Origin: Chitinophagales bacterium
Lineage (GTDB): Bacteria; Bacteroidota; Bacteroidia; Chitinophagales; UBA10324
Length of the DNA: 42,498 nucleotides
Reading direction: 5' to 3'
NCBI GenBank assembly: GCA_039920305.1
Contig: JBDSEA010000230.1
Coordinates: 1-42,498, forward strand
This document shows positions 30,752-40,026 of this stretch, piece by piece. Position 1 is the stretch's first letter, and each line of letters starts with the position of its first letter. The notes below the pieces were generated by a model. The model did not search any database and had not been told where the DNA came from. It saw nothing but the letters and a program-made list of their open reading frames with translations. A program made the translations under genes and the position numbers.

Positions 30752-31156
30752 ATGAAAAAACCAATCAGAACAGAAAATGAAAATGAAAAAGCATTGGAAA
30801 GAATTTATTTTCTTATTCAAAAGCATCGTCGGAGTATAACCGAAAGTGATGAATTAGAACTGCTTTCGATTCTGGTTGAGGACTTTGAAAAAAAAACTTA
30901 TCCAATTCAGGCACCCGATCCAATTGCGGCAATAAAGGTAAGGATGGAGCAAATGCAATTAACCCGAAATGATCTTGCAGATATTACCGGTCATCACAGC
31001 AGAGTTTCTGAAATTTTTTCCGGTAAAAGACAACTTACAATTGGAATGATCAAGTCTTTGAGAGAACGATTGAATATTTCCGCCGATATTTTAATATCAA
31101 GAGAGCCTGAAATCAAATATAAAGTCAGGCGGAAGAAAAAAGTGCATGCGAATTAA
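30752..31156 (+). CDS. higA: HigA-family HTH antitoxin / transcriptional regulator
   Basis: KPIRTE...ALERI...DELELLSILVEDFE...YPI.APDPI.AIK.RMEQ..LT..DL......SRVSEI.SGKR.LT..MI. The ATG at 30752 matches the usual family N-terminus. Confidence 0.88.
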   Translation: MKKPIRTENENEKALERIYFLIQKHRRSITESDELELLSILVEDFEKKTYPIQAPDPIAAIKVRMEQMQLTRNDLADITGHHSRVSEIFSGKRQLTIGMIKSLRERLNISADILISREPEIKYKVRRKKKVHAN

Positions 31157-31416
31157 CTATGAACAAATTATTCCTTCACGAGGTGTTTTGTTTTCACCCA
31201 CTCACTGCTGCGCAATTCAAGAAAGTAAACCTCTGAATCAAATTCAGATACACCGGCTGAGATTTGGTCTTGCTGCGGGTTGAGTTTTATCTCTTCAATT
31301 TTCTATCCTTCAGAATTCAGGATGGATATTGCCTGCAATGGAACAAATGTGGTTGAAGAATTTTGAAGTCGCCCGGTGAAAATATTCTATTGAGTTCCAA
31401 TTTTTGAAAAGCTGTA

Positions 31417-31656
31417 TCACGACATTCCAGGCGAAAGAAATCTTGGGCTCAACACCGGAATAAAAAATCCGAGCAGCATAAAACACATTCCCAGAAAAAA
31501 TAAGATCAAACCCAGTGATTCATTTGTAAGCTCAACGCTCCCTATTCTATAATTTCTTTTACCCCATTTCGTTATTCCAAAAAAGAATAAGATGCCCCAA
31601 ATAACCAAGAGTATTCCTGCACTCAAGCTAATGATCTCTGAAAGATTAGTGTGCAT
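31417..31656 (-). CDS. Small hypothetical membrane protein (2 TM)
   Basis: 79 aa with two long hydrophobic segments separated by a basic loop (KWGKRNYR). Confidence 0.65.
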   Translation of the reverse strand: MHTNLSEIISLSAGILLVIWGILFFFGITKWGKRNYRIGSVELTNESLGLILFFLGMCFMLLGFFIPVLSPRFLSPGMS

Positions 31657-31893
31657 ATGTTGAAACTGAAAGTGGCTTTTTAGCTTTTGCCTAGAAATGA
31701 TTCTTTAAAATATTTATTTCTTAGTCCCCTTCCATCCCCCCTCGAAAAGAAGGTGCACATCGAATGAAAACGCAAAATTTGAGTTGAATCGGTGATCAAA
31801 TATTGGGATCTGAATGGTTAAGGAAAAAACCGGGGAAAGGATGTGCATAAATTGTCAGGACAAAGTCATGTTCCTGTTAATGGATTAATAAAA

Positions 31894-31926
31894 TTTGTTG
31901 TCAGCCGGTTGATGGCGCTAAATTTG
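31894..31926 (+). promoter_or_regulatory. Consensus Bacteroidota promoter (-33 TTTG / -7 TAAATTTG)
   Basis: TTTG at 31894-31897, 21-nt spacer, TAAATTTG at 31919-31926. Confidence 0.65.
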
Positions 31927-31953
31927 AAAAACAAACACCTAAATACTTTCGCC

Positions 31954-32082
31954 ATGAAAGCAATATCAAATAAAGCAGATACAAGTAAGGGTTTCACCAC
32001 TATCTTAGAGGAGGCAGGGGCATGGCTTACTGTAGGCCTTGTCTTTTTTGTCACCGTAAAACTGATTGAGTCTGTATTCTGA
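31954..32082 (+). CDS. Putative 42-aa single-TM small protein
   Basis: MKAISNKADTSKGFTTILEEAGAWLTVGLVFFVTVKLIESVF; preceded by a consensus promoter and an A-rich leader. Confidence 0.55.
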   Translation: MKAISNKADTSKGFTTILEEAGAWLTVGLVFFVTVKLIESVF

Positions 32083-32085
32083 GCA

Positions 32086-33738
32086 TCATATCATTTTTCG
32101 GTTTCCAATCCACACAAATCTTTTTACTACAAAAGATTGATCAGTAAATGATGCATTTCCGGCAGCGTTTCCCCCGGTACCATGCAGGTCGGAAAATGCG
32201 GCATGCTGATTCACCCATAAAGGTCCTGTAAAATTCAATGTAACAGGAACAAATACTTCATTCATTTCTTCTTCAATCTCCTTCATTACCCGCTCATCAG
32301 TTGAGTAAGCTGCACAAGTGATTGCTCCATGCTGCACCGCCATATCCTTTGCCAGTTTTATTGATTCATTTGTATCCGCAGTTTTAATTACAATCCCAAT
32401 TGGGCCGAACAATTCATTTTCGAATATTCTTGCATCGGCGGGGGATGCTTCAAGCAGAACCGGTGAAACAGTTCTTGAATTTGAAAACTCTTCGTTTTTC
32501 ACATTTGATGATTCCAAAGCCATAGTTCCTCCCAGCTTCCCTGCACCCGATGCACGTTCCAGCGTTGTTTCATTTTGAATAGCACCCAGAATGCCCGCAC
32601 CGAGTTTTGGATTATTCACCAGTCCGGTAATTGCGTTTTTTAATTTTCCAGCCACTTCATCATGACTGAGGATGTGGTCACCTGACTTAATTTGTTCAGG
32701 AATAAAAAAGTTTTGCGGTGCCGTGCACATTTGTCCGCTATAAAGTGAAAGTGAAAAGGCAAGATTTTGGGCCATGGCGTCAACATCCTTTACGGAGTCA
32801 ATAATCACTGAATTCACTCCTGCCTTTTCGGTAAAAGTGATTTTATGAGGGAGAGATTCAATCCAGTCGCCGAAGGTGGTGCTGCCGGTGTAATCAATGA
32901 GCTTTACATCAGGGTGAACAGCCAGTGCAATGGTAACAGGGCGCAAGGTGGTATCGGAAGCGAGCTGGACAATATGCGGATCGAATCCATTTTCTCTGAG
33001 TGTATGCTGAATGGCGGCAACACAGATGGCAATAGGCAGAATTGCCTTGGGGTGTGGTTTCAGGATTACCGTATTCCCGGTGATCAGGTTAGCATAAAGT
33101 CCGGGCATTGAATTCCAGACGGGGAACGTAGAGCATCCTATCACCAGCCCGATGCCCCTTGGCATGGAAGTATAGGTTTTTTCAACCTTCACTGAAAATT
33201 TCCCCATTGGTTTTTCCCACATTGCCGCAGCGGGAAAAAGCATTTGCTGCTCATAACCCATCGCAATTGCTTCAAGCGCCCTGTCGGCTGCGTGCGGTCC
33301 GGATGCCTGGAATGACATGATCCAGGATTGACCGGTAGTGTGCTGCGTTGCATAAGCAATTTCGAAAAAGTGCTCCTCAATTTTCTCCAGTGACTCTGTG
33401 AGGATACCCGCACGCTCCTGCGGAGTAGTTTTTCTCCAGGCAGAAAACGCAGCCTTCGATCCTGCTATTAAGGCTTCCATATCGTAAACCGGATACTTTA
33501 CGCCGAGTAATTCCCCCGTAAAGGGTGATGATTCTTCTCCTTCCCATTCTGACGGATCACTCTGCAGCAGAGATGAAAATTTTTTATTTAAAAAGCTTTG
33601 GTACTGCTTTAAACCTTCCGCTTGAGCATGCTCATCATATCCTTTTGGCGATTCGGAATAGGCTGCATGATATCCACGTTCATGATTTGCTTTTACACTG
33701 CGTTCAATTCTCTCTCTGTGTTTTTCGAAGAGTGACAT
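32086..33738 (-). CDS. paaN: Phenylacetic acid degradation protein PaaN (aldehyde dehydrogenase family)
   Basis: HTTGQ...MSFQASGPHA.DRALEA; IGCSTFPVWN; KPHP; YTGS; EKAGVNSV; LYSGQMCTAPQN; E.FGP; AFSD.HGTG.N. Confidence 0.92.
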   Translation of the reverse strand: MSLFEKHRERIERSVKANHERGYHAAYSESPKGYDEHAQAEGLKQYQSFLNKKFSSLLQSDPSEWEGEESSPFTGELLGVKYPVYDMEALIAGSKAAFSAWRKTTPQERAGILTESLEKIEEHFFEIAYATQHTTGQSWIMSFQASGPHAADRALEAIAMGYEQQMLFPAAAMWEKPMGKFSVKVEKTYTSMPRGIGLVIGCSTFPVWNSMPGLYANLITGNTVILKPHPKAILPIAICVAAIQHTLRENGFDPHIVQLASDTTLRPVTIALAVHPDVKLIDYTGSTTFGDWIESLPHKITFTEKAGVNSVIIDSVKDVDAMAQNLAFSLSLYSGQMCTAPQNFFIPEQIKSGDHILSHDEVAGKLKNAITGLVNNPKLGAGILGAIQNETTLERASGAGKLGGTMALESSNVKNEEFSNSRTVSPVLLEASPADARIFENELFGPIGIVIKTADTNESIKLAKDMAVQHGAITCAAYSTDERVMKEIEEEMNEVFVPVTLNFTGPLWVNQHAAFSDLHGTGGNAAGNASFTDQSFVVKRFVWIGNRKMI

Positions 33739-33758
33739 CTATATATTATTTATGCTTG

Positions 33759-33766
33759 CAAAGGTA
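33759..33766 (-). promoter_or_regulatory. -7 promoter element (TACCTTTG) for paaN
   Basis: Exact TAnnTTTG match 20 nt upstream of the paaN ATG. Confidence 0.7.
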
Positions 33767-33866
33767 GGCGAGATTAAAATTAGCTCTGAAGGTTTATCGT
33801 AAAAACGCAGAGTATTTATTGAAAAACGGAATGAAGATTGCCTCGTGATTGCAAGATCCTTCAATT

Positions 33867-34520
33867 ATGAAAAACATAACAGCACTTCTGATAGTATTAT
33901 CAGGCTTTGCTTTTTCAGTGCAGGCACAGGAACCATTATCCTCATATGGAACATGGAAGGATTCCGCCTCCCATTACATAATACAGCTTAAAGGTGGTGC
34001 TTTGTTAGTCCGCCTGCATTCACGGGCTGAGGCGATCTCGAAACTAAGAGGTGTGGGAAGCGAGCAACAGGCCACCTTGATTGAAAATATTCAGCGAGAG
34101 GAAAACAAACAAATTGTGGAGGCATTCAGAAGTAATTTTAGTTTTTGTAAAGTTTATTTCTTCTTTGCAGATTCAACGGATGTTTTATTGAGCGGAAAAC
34201 ATTCAGGATTTTTATTAAACGATAGCCTGCAAGTTGATCACGGGCTCTCAATGAAGGATAATTTCTTCATGATTGCTGAAAAAGGGAATCCGCATCTGCG
34301 TGTTAAAAATGACCCGACCCAACCAAATCAGCAGCAGGCGGAAAGAAGTTACCTTAATGAAACCATTGTATTACTCGATGATCATCTCAAGCCTTTAAAA
34401 GCTCCATTTCCATTCTACGCTCAGGAACCCTTCCCAACGAGCTTAGGAACTTCCAACTGGAAGGAAAAAGTAAGAATACTCAATGCCAGGCTTCATTCCT
34501 TTTACAAAAAATCACTTTGA
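33867..34520 (+). CDS. Hypothetical exported protein
   Basis: Signal peptide MKNITALL...VQA|Q from the ATG at 33867; LKGGALLVRL, F.FCKVYFF and PFPFY motifs. Confidence 0.8.
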   Translation: MKNITALLIVLSGFAFSVQAQEPLSSYGTWKDSASHYIIQLKGGALLVRLHSRAEAISKLRGVGSEQQATLIENIQREENKQIVEAFRSNFSFCKVYFFFADSTDVLLSGKHSGFLLNDSLQVDHGLSMKDNFFMIAEKGNPHLRVKNDPTQPNQQQAERSYLNETIVLLDDHLKPLKAPFPFYAQEPFPTSLGTSNWKEKVRILNARLHSFYKKSL

Positions 34521-34712
34521 AAATAGTTACAATAGTTTCAATTGGATTTGTGAACTGTTCTGTGCCTGAAAGGGAAACCTCCAATCCTTTGATGCGGCAT
34601 AAGACCGGCTGCATTTTGCAGAAGCTGTAAAATACAAGGGCGCAAAGTAGGATATGATCATTCCGTCTATACCTCACGATGAATAGATTTCTGATTTCTA
34701 TTTTTAGCATCC

Positions 34713-36332
34713 ATGAAATTTTCGAGGCATTTCTGGTTTTTCATTTTGTGCCTCACCTCCGTGCTGTTTATCTATCTGCCATCATACCAGGCAGGATTTG
34801 TTACCGATTTTTATGCATGGCAATACATGTTTGCCGGCAAAACCTATCTCGATGCACTGAATACATTTTCCTGGCATGCAAATCAGCAGTTCTCTGCACT
34901 TTGCATGTATTTACTATATCAGGTTTTCAAACTGAATGGATGGAGCTGGCTTATAGTGTTTTGTTTTGTGCATGCATTGAATGGCTTTCTGCTCTATAAT
35001 CTTTTCAGGAAATTATTGGAAAAGCAGGGTATCCCTTATCCTGATTTACTTTCTGCAATCGCTTCACTATTGTTTCTGTTATCACCCCATGCCGCAGAGG
35101 TTCTGGTATGGAAGGTATGCTTTCATTATTTGCTTTCCGGATTTTTTATATTATCGATTTTATTCATGGCTCTGCGATATTTTGAAACCAGCCGGGCCAT
35201 ATTCATGCTTGGTCTTTACGGTTTTTTCTTCCTCTCCCTGCTCACACTCGAGGTAGCGCTGATCACTCCATTATTGGTTTTTGCCCTTATGATTTGGTTG
35301 GTTACAATGGAGAATATTCAGGATGCAAGCCGAAAAATTATGATCCTTATCGTGCCGCAATTTTTAATGATTGCAGGTTATCTTTTGCTTAATAAGCTAT
35401 TTCTTCATGACTGGATGGGTCATTACGGAAGTGATGTGCACCTGAAGTTTAATCTTCCGGATGTGCTATCGAATTACTTCAGCTATCTGCTTAAATATCT
35501 CCTTTTTACCCGATACTTTGAGCATTCGGTTAAAATGGAAATATTTGGTGTTACTGAGCCGGGCACTGTCCAGTTGATTTTAGCAATCGCTGCAGTTTTA
35601 TTACTGTTGCTATTTTTCGCTTTCTACAGGAAAATATCTCTACAAATAAGAATTGCAGGATGGTGCTGGATCCTTTTTTCTGTTGCGCTTTTTCCGGTGC
35701 TCACGCTTTACATGGTTACCTTGCTCATTGGTGAAAATGACCGGTACGGGTATTTTGCATCCATGTTTTTCTGGCTGATGATGGTTATGCTTTTTTCTAC
35801 TCTACCAAAAAAATTATTTTATGGTCTATGCTTGATCATTCTTGTAATCTCAGTTTTTCTTACTTTAAAAACCGTTATGTGGTGGCGCGACTCAGCCCGG
35901 ATTTATTATTCCCTGCTCGATGATTTTCGATGGTATGACCGCGACCAGGTGATTGTTCTTAATATTGCTGACAATTATCACGGCTTATTAATGTACCGGA
36001 TTTACCGTGAACCTTCTGCATTAAAGGAAGGACTTGCGCTGATTCGCCATAAGGAATACAAGGGCAGTATGTATGATGTTGTGAATTTTAATATGATGAC
36101 TCCGCAGGATGGGGTGACTGTGATTAAGGATTCGGTAAATTCACTTATAATGAAATTTAACCAAGGTGGTAACTGGTGGTGGCGTGAGGGAATAGGTGCG
36201 GGAGATTATGAAAACGATGTTTATGGTATGCACATTGATGGAGATGTGCACATTCAGTTTAAAAGCTTGCTTCCAAATCATGCTATTATCTATCAGGTGG
36301 GTGGTAAATGGAAGGAAGTCATTATGAATTAA
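34713..36332 (+). CDS. Polytopic membrane protein, GT-C/PMT-like glycosyltransferase candidate
   Basis: N-terminal TM helix followed by GFVTDF; H.AEVLVW; DRYGY; many TM helices and a soluble C-terminal domain. The function is inferred. Confidence 0.65.
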   Translation: MKFSRHFWFFILCLTSVLFIYLPSYQAGFVTDFYAWQYMFAGKTYLDALNTFSWHANQQFSALCMYLLYQVFKLNGWSWLIVFCFVHALNGFLLYNLFRKLLEKQGIPYPDLLSAIASLLFLLSPHAAEVLVWKVCFHYLLSGFFILSILFMALRYFETSRAIFMLGLYGFFFLSLLTLEVALITPLLVFALMIWLVTMENIQDASRKIMILIVPQFLMIAGYLLLNKLFLHDWMGHYGSDVHLKFNLPDVLSNYFSYLLKYLLFTRYFEHSVKMEIFGVTEPGTVQLILAIAAVLLLLLFFAFYRKISLQIRIAGWCWILFSVALFPVLTLYMVTLLIGENDRYGYFASMFFWLMMVMLFSTLPKKLFYGLCLIILVISVFLTLKTVMWWRDSARIYYSLLDDFRWYDRDQVIVLNIADNYHGLLMYRIYREPSALKEGLALIRHKEYKGSMYDVVNFNMMTPQDGVTVIKDSVNSLIMKFNQGGNWWWREGIGAGDYENDVYGMHIDGDVHIQFKSLLPNHAIIYQVGGKWKEVIMN

Positions 36333-36384
36333 GTTGTTTTACCATTAAAGACCTTGTTATCATCATTCAAAACAGCAATAACCG

Positions 36385-38556
36385 ATGAAACCTTTTTACT
36401 TTTTTCTCAGTGTTATTTTATTTTCTATCCGCTCTTCATATGCGCAAGAGTGTGCTTCCGAGGCGCCCTCTAAACTGTATGTATCCGGAATCACATCATG
36501 CAGCGCTACTCTGAACTGGTCGCCTGCATCAGGGGCTGCATTCTACAAGGTCAGCTATAAAAAAAGCGGAATGAATAACTGGTCAGCCCAGAATTCAGTC
36601 AACGATACGTTCTTCACCTTCACTAATCTTGCGGCCGGTACTCAATATGGGTTTAAAGTATGGTCTATTTGCAACGATGGCTCAAAAAGCATTGGTAAAA
36701 GGAAGGGTGCAACACTTTTATCGTGTCAATTACCATTTAATATTAGTGTGAGTGAAGATACCATAGTTAGGATTAGCTTCTCCACCACTTGTTCATTTGA
36801 TGCTGCTTACTGCCGCTTTGGATTAACACCTGGCTCAATGAGTACAGTTATTAAAACAAAATATCCGGAATTTCATATCTCTGGGCTGCAGTCTAATACT
36901 ACCTATTATTTTCAGGTATCCACCTGTCCGATAGCACAGAATAACTGGTCCGCCATCAAATCCTTCCATACTATAACAGTTTCTCCAAATATTCTGTTGA
37001 TTATTCTTGATGATTCACGTTTTGACTTTTATAGCTGCAATGGGGCACCATCCTTTTTTCAAACACCTCATATTGACCGGATTGCAAATGAAGGGGTTAA
37101 TTTTAAAAATAGTTTTGTAACACATTCATTATGCGCACCCAGCCGTGCCACCATTGCTACAGGTATGTACACGAATCATCATGGTGTTTTCGATAATCAG
37201 AATCAGGCTTCTTTAAATCCAGATCTTCCTTTGCTACCGGCTATTTTAAAGGACAATGGGTATTATACAGCCTTAATTGGAAAAAATCATAAGATTTTTG
37301 ACTATGAAGATAATGATTTTGATTACTGGATGGAATCAACAGTTATCGCAAATGATACCGCTGCAAACTATGATTATTCGGGAATCACTAAACAGATTCA
37401 AGGCTATGATACGGATGTTATCAGTGATTCAGCGGCGGCAGTAATTTCCAGAACCAATGGTCCCTTTTTTATCTGGCTGGCGTATAATGCTACACATACC
37501 CCTCTTAGTCCGGCCCCGGAATATAAGGGTGTGTATGATGATCTGCCAATGCCCCTCGGACCTGATACGGCAAAGTATTCGGTTAATTATCCGCTGTGTA
37601 TATACAATTTAGGCAAAACTTATCAGGCTACTCCGGAACAGGCTGATTCCTTATTTTTTCTTACTTACGAAGAAATGGCTTCAGTAAATGACGGCATCGG
37701 AAAAATATTAAACGCTCTCAATAGTACAGGTAAGCTTAATAACACCATGATTGTTTTCACCAGTGATAATGGGCATATGCTCGGGGAGCATCACCTGGAT
37801 TTAAAAAGGGTAGCGTATGAGCAGTCCTTGCGGGTTCCATTATTTATACGCTATCCTGCATGGTTTCCTGAATCATCTGTAAGCAACCAGTTTGCGCTAA
37901 ACATTGATATCGCTCCAAGTATACTCAAAGCTGCAGGAATATCGGTTAACTATGAAATGGATGGTATGTCACTGAAAGAGCTATTCAATGGTGACTCCAC
38001 TCGTGAATCCATGTATTATCACTACTGGTTTTCAGACGAATGGGGCCAACTGCCAGATATATTTGCCCTTCGGGATACGCAATACAAGTACATTACTTAC
38101 CAGTGCAAGAATACTACTGCTGAATTTTTCGATCTTATCAATGATCCCCTTGAGATGACTAATCTGATCAACACTTCATCGTACAGTAGCTTGGTGAATA
38201 CCTATAAAAATAAGCTCACCAGCCTGCAAAATCAAATAGGAGATACGTTGTATGATGAAAACAAAATAGGATGCAGGCTTGTAAATCCAGTAGTTAACAG
38301 GGAAGCTGAAAACGAGGGGCCGGGGGAAATTAACATATTTCCCAATCCTGCTGACGATATTTTATTTATTAATAATCCGGAAAATCAGACTGTGCATTTT
38401 CGATTGTTTAATTGCTTTGGTGAAGAAATATGTCAACGCAGGCTGTCTGGTGAACAGGAGCAGCTCCTGGTAAAAAATTTACCCGAGGGTATTTATTATA
38501 TAAGAATCGAAAAAGAAGGAATAGATTTCAGTTCCAAATTGGTAGTAATACATTGA
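36385..38556 (+). CDS. Secreted Cys-type sulfatase with N-terminal FN3-like domains and T9SS CTD
   Basis: Signal SYA|Q; two FN3-like units; PNILLIILDD; CAPSRA (CxPxR); GYYTALIGK; FTSDNG; IFPNPA...EGIYYIRI...KLVV CTD. Confidence 0.92.
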   Translation: MKPFYFFLSVILFSIRSSYAQECASEAPSKLYVSGITSCSATLNWSPASGAAFYKVSYKKSGMNNWSAQNSVNDTFFTFTNLAAGTQYGFKVWSICNDGSKSIGKRKGATLLSCQLPFNISVSEDTIVRISFSTTCSFDAAYCRFGLTPGSMSTVIKTKYPEFHISGLQSNTTYYFQVSTCPIAQNNWSAIKSFHTITVSPNILLIILDDSRFDFYSCNGAPSFFQTPHIDRIANEGVNFKNSFVTHSLCAPSRATIATGMYTNHHGVFDNQNQASLNPDLPLLPAILKDNGYYTALIGKNHKIFDYEDNDFDYWMESTVIANDTAANYDYSGITKQIQGYDTDVISDSAAAVISRTNGPFFIWLAYNATHTPLSPAPEYKGVYDDLPMPLGPDTAKYSVNYPLCIYNLGKTYQATPEQADSLFFLTYEEMASVNDGIGKILNALNSTGKLNNTMIVFTSDNGHMLGEHHLDLKRVAYEQSLRVPLFIRYPAWFPESSVSNQFALNIDIAPSILKAAGISVNYEMDGMSLKELFNGDSTRESMYYHYWFSDEWGQLPDIFALRDTQYKYITYQCKNTTAEFFDLINDPLEMTNLINTSSYSSLVNTYKNKLTSLQNQIGDTLYDENKIGCRLVNPVVNREAENEGPGEINIFPNPADDILFINNPENQTVHFRLFNCFGEEICQRRLSGEQEQLLVKNLPEGIYYIRIEKEGIDFSSKLVVIH

Positions 38557-38685
38557 CGCTGGCAGAAAGGATTCCCCCTGTTTAATTTAAGACAACTCTG
38601 AATCCAGTTGTGAATTTCTTTTATGCTTCGGACCGCTATTCGCTTCTTACGCGCAATAGTTTTAACCATTCAATTTCTGAAGCCA

Positions 38686-40014
38686 ATGAAAACCGACAGG
38701 AAGATATTTGTGCTCGATACCTCTGTAATTATTTATGACTACAATGCGATTAGAAATTTTAAGGAGCATGACCTTGTTATTCCTATAACCGTTCTCGAAG
38801 AACTCGATCAGTTTAAAAAAGGTAATGACGATAAGAATTTTGCCGCACGCGAATTTATCCGGTATATTGATAAAGCGAGCGGAAGTGATTCATTGCAGGA
38901 CTGGACTCATATTAACGGGCAAAGCCACGGGCTTTTCAAGATCGAAATGGGTAACCCCAATGGCATTGACACAGATAAAATATTTGGAGAAATAAAGGCC
39001 GATCATAAAATTCTGAATGCGGCTCTTCGTGTAAAAAAAGACAATCCAGGGCGCGAGGTTGTATTGGTTACAAAGGATATTAATCTTCGGATCAAAGCAA
39101 AAGCATTGAACCTGATTGCTGAAGATTATGAAACCGGCAAGATCAAAAACTCAAAAGAACTTTACACCGGCAAAACTTCTATTGATAAAGTACCTGTAAC
39201 CGTACTTAATGAATTGTATGAGCATGGAGAATGTAAGGCTGCATTGTTATTTAAAAAGGGCATCCCTATTCCGAATCACTTTTATCTGCTCAATCACGCG
39301 GGCAAGACACTTGTAGCAGTGTACGATGCCTCTTCCAAAATGCTACAACTGGCAAAAAAGCGTTCCTGTTTTCAGATCATGCCACGCAATGCAGAGCAGA
39401 TTTGTGCTTTTGAAGCCATCCTTAATCCTAACATCAGCCTTGTAACCTTGCAAGGTGTGGCAGGCACAGGAAAAACCCTGCTATCTCTCGCCGGAGCCCT
39501 TGAGCAGCGAAGAAACTTTCATCAGATATACTTGGCCAGGCCCATTGTGCCGCTGAGTAATAAAGACATTGGCTACCTGCCAGGCGACATTAAGAGTAAG
39601 CTCAATCCCTACATGGAGCCACTATGGGACAATTTGAAATTCATCAAGAACCAGTTTTCCGAGCGGGATAAGGAATGGAAACAGATCAGCGATATGGTGG
39701 AAAATGAAAAGCTGGTCGTTTGTCCGCTTGCATATATTCGGGGAAGAAGCTTTTCCAATGTGTTTTTTATTGTTGATGAGGCTCAAAATCTTACCCCGCT
39801 TGAAGTGAAAACCATTATCACGCGTGGTGGCGAAAACACGAAGATAATTTTCACCGGCGACATTCACCAGATTGACACTCCATATCTTGATTCCAGGAGT
39901 AACGGGTTGAGCTACCTGATTGATCGAATCAAGGGCAACCCGATGTATGCCCACATCACACTCGAGAAAGGGGAGAGGAGCGAACTTGCTAATCTGGCCA
40001 ATGAACTCTTATAA
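38686..40014 (+). CDS. PIN-domain + PhoH-like ATPase (PhoH2/YlaK type)
   Basis: PIN motifs VLDTSV, VLEELD, DHKIL, TKDINLR. PhoH motifs GVAGTGKT, GYLPG, RGRS, DEAQN, GDIHQID, ERS. The ATG at 38686 is preferred over 38623. Confidence 0.93.
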   Translation: MKTDRKIFVLDTSVIIYDYNAIRNFKEHDLVIPITVLEELDQFKKGNDDKNFAAREFIRYIDKASGSDSLQDWTHINGQSHGLFKIEMGNPNGIDTDKIFGEIKADHKILNAALRVKKDNPGREVVLVTKDINLRIKAKALNLIAEDYETGKIKNSKELYTGKTSIDKVPVTVLNELYEHGECKAALLFKKGIPIPNHFYLLNHAGKTLVAVYDASSKMLQLAKKRSCFQIMPRNAEQICAFEAILNPNISLVTLQGVAGTGKTLLSLAGALEQRRNFHQIYLARPIVPLSNKDIGYLPGDIKSKLNPYMEPLWDNLKFIKNQFSERDKEWKQISDMVENEKLVVCPLAYIRGRSFSNVFFIVDEAQNLTPLEVKTIITRGGENTKIIFTGDIHQIDTPYLDSRSNGLSYLIDRIKGNPMYAHITLEKGERSELANLANELL

Positions 40015-40026
40015 GTTTCAATTTGG

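Noticed and set aside
30558-30755. 65-aa ORF overlapping the higA start as a candidate toxin
   Set aside because: It begins at TTG, runs through the fusA terminator, and shows no HigB/RelE features.
31725-31755. C-rich tract tccccttccatcccccctcgaaaagaagg resembling a decayed REP
   Set aside because: The pairing is too poor and there is no clear partner copy.
34540-34650. Possible riboswitch (cctgaaaggg loop, ggcgcaaag)
   Set aside because: The elements do not assemble into the c-di-GMP-I or any other aptamer architecture I recognise.
38686-40014. PIN-PhoH protein as the toxin of a TA pair
   Set aside because: There is no upstream antitoxin ORF in the 129-nt gap, and stand-alone PIN-PhoH genes are common.
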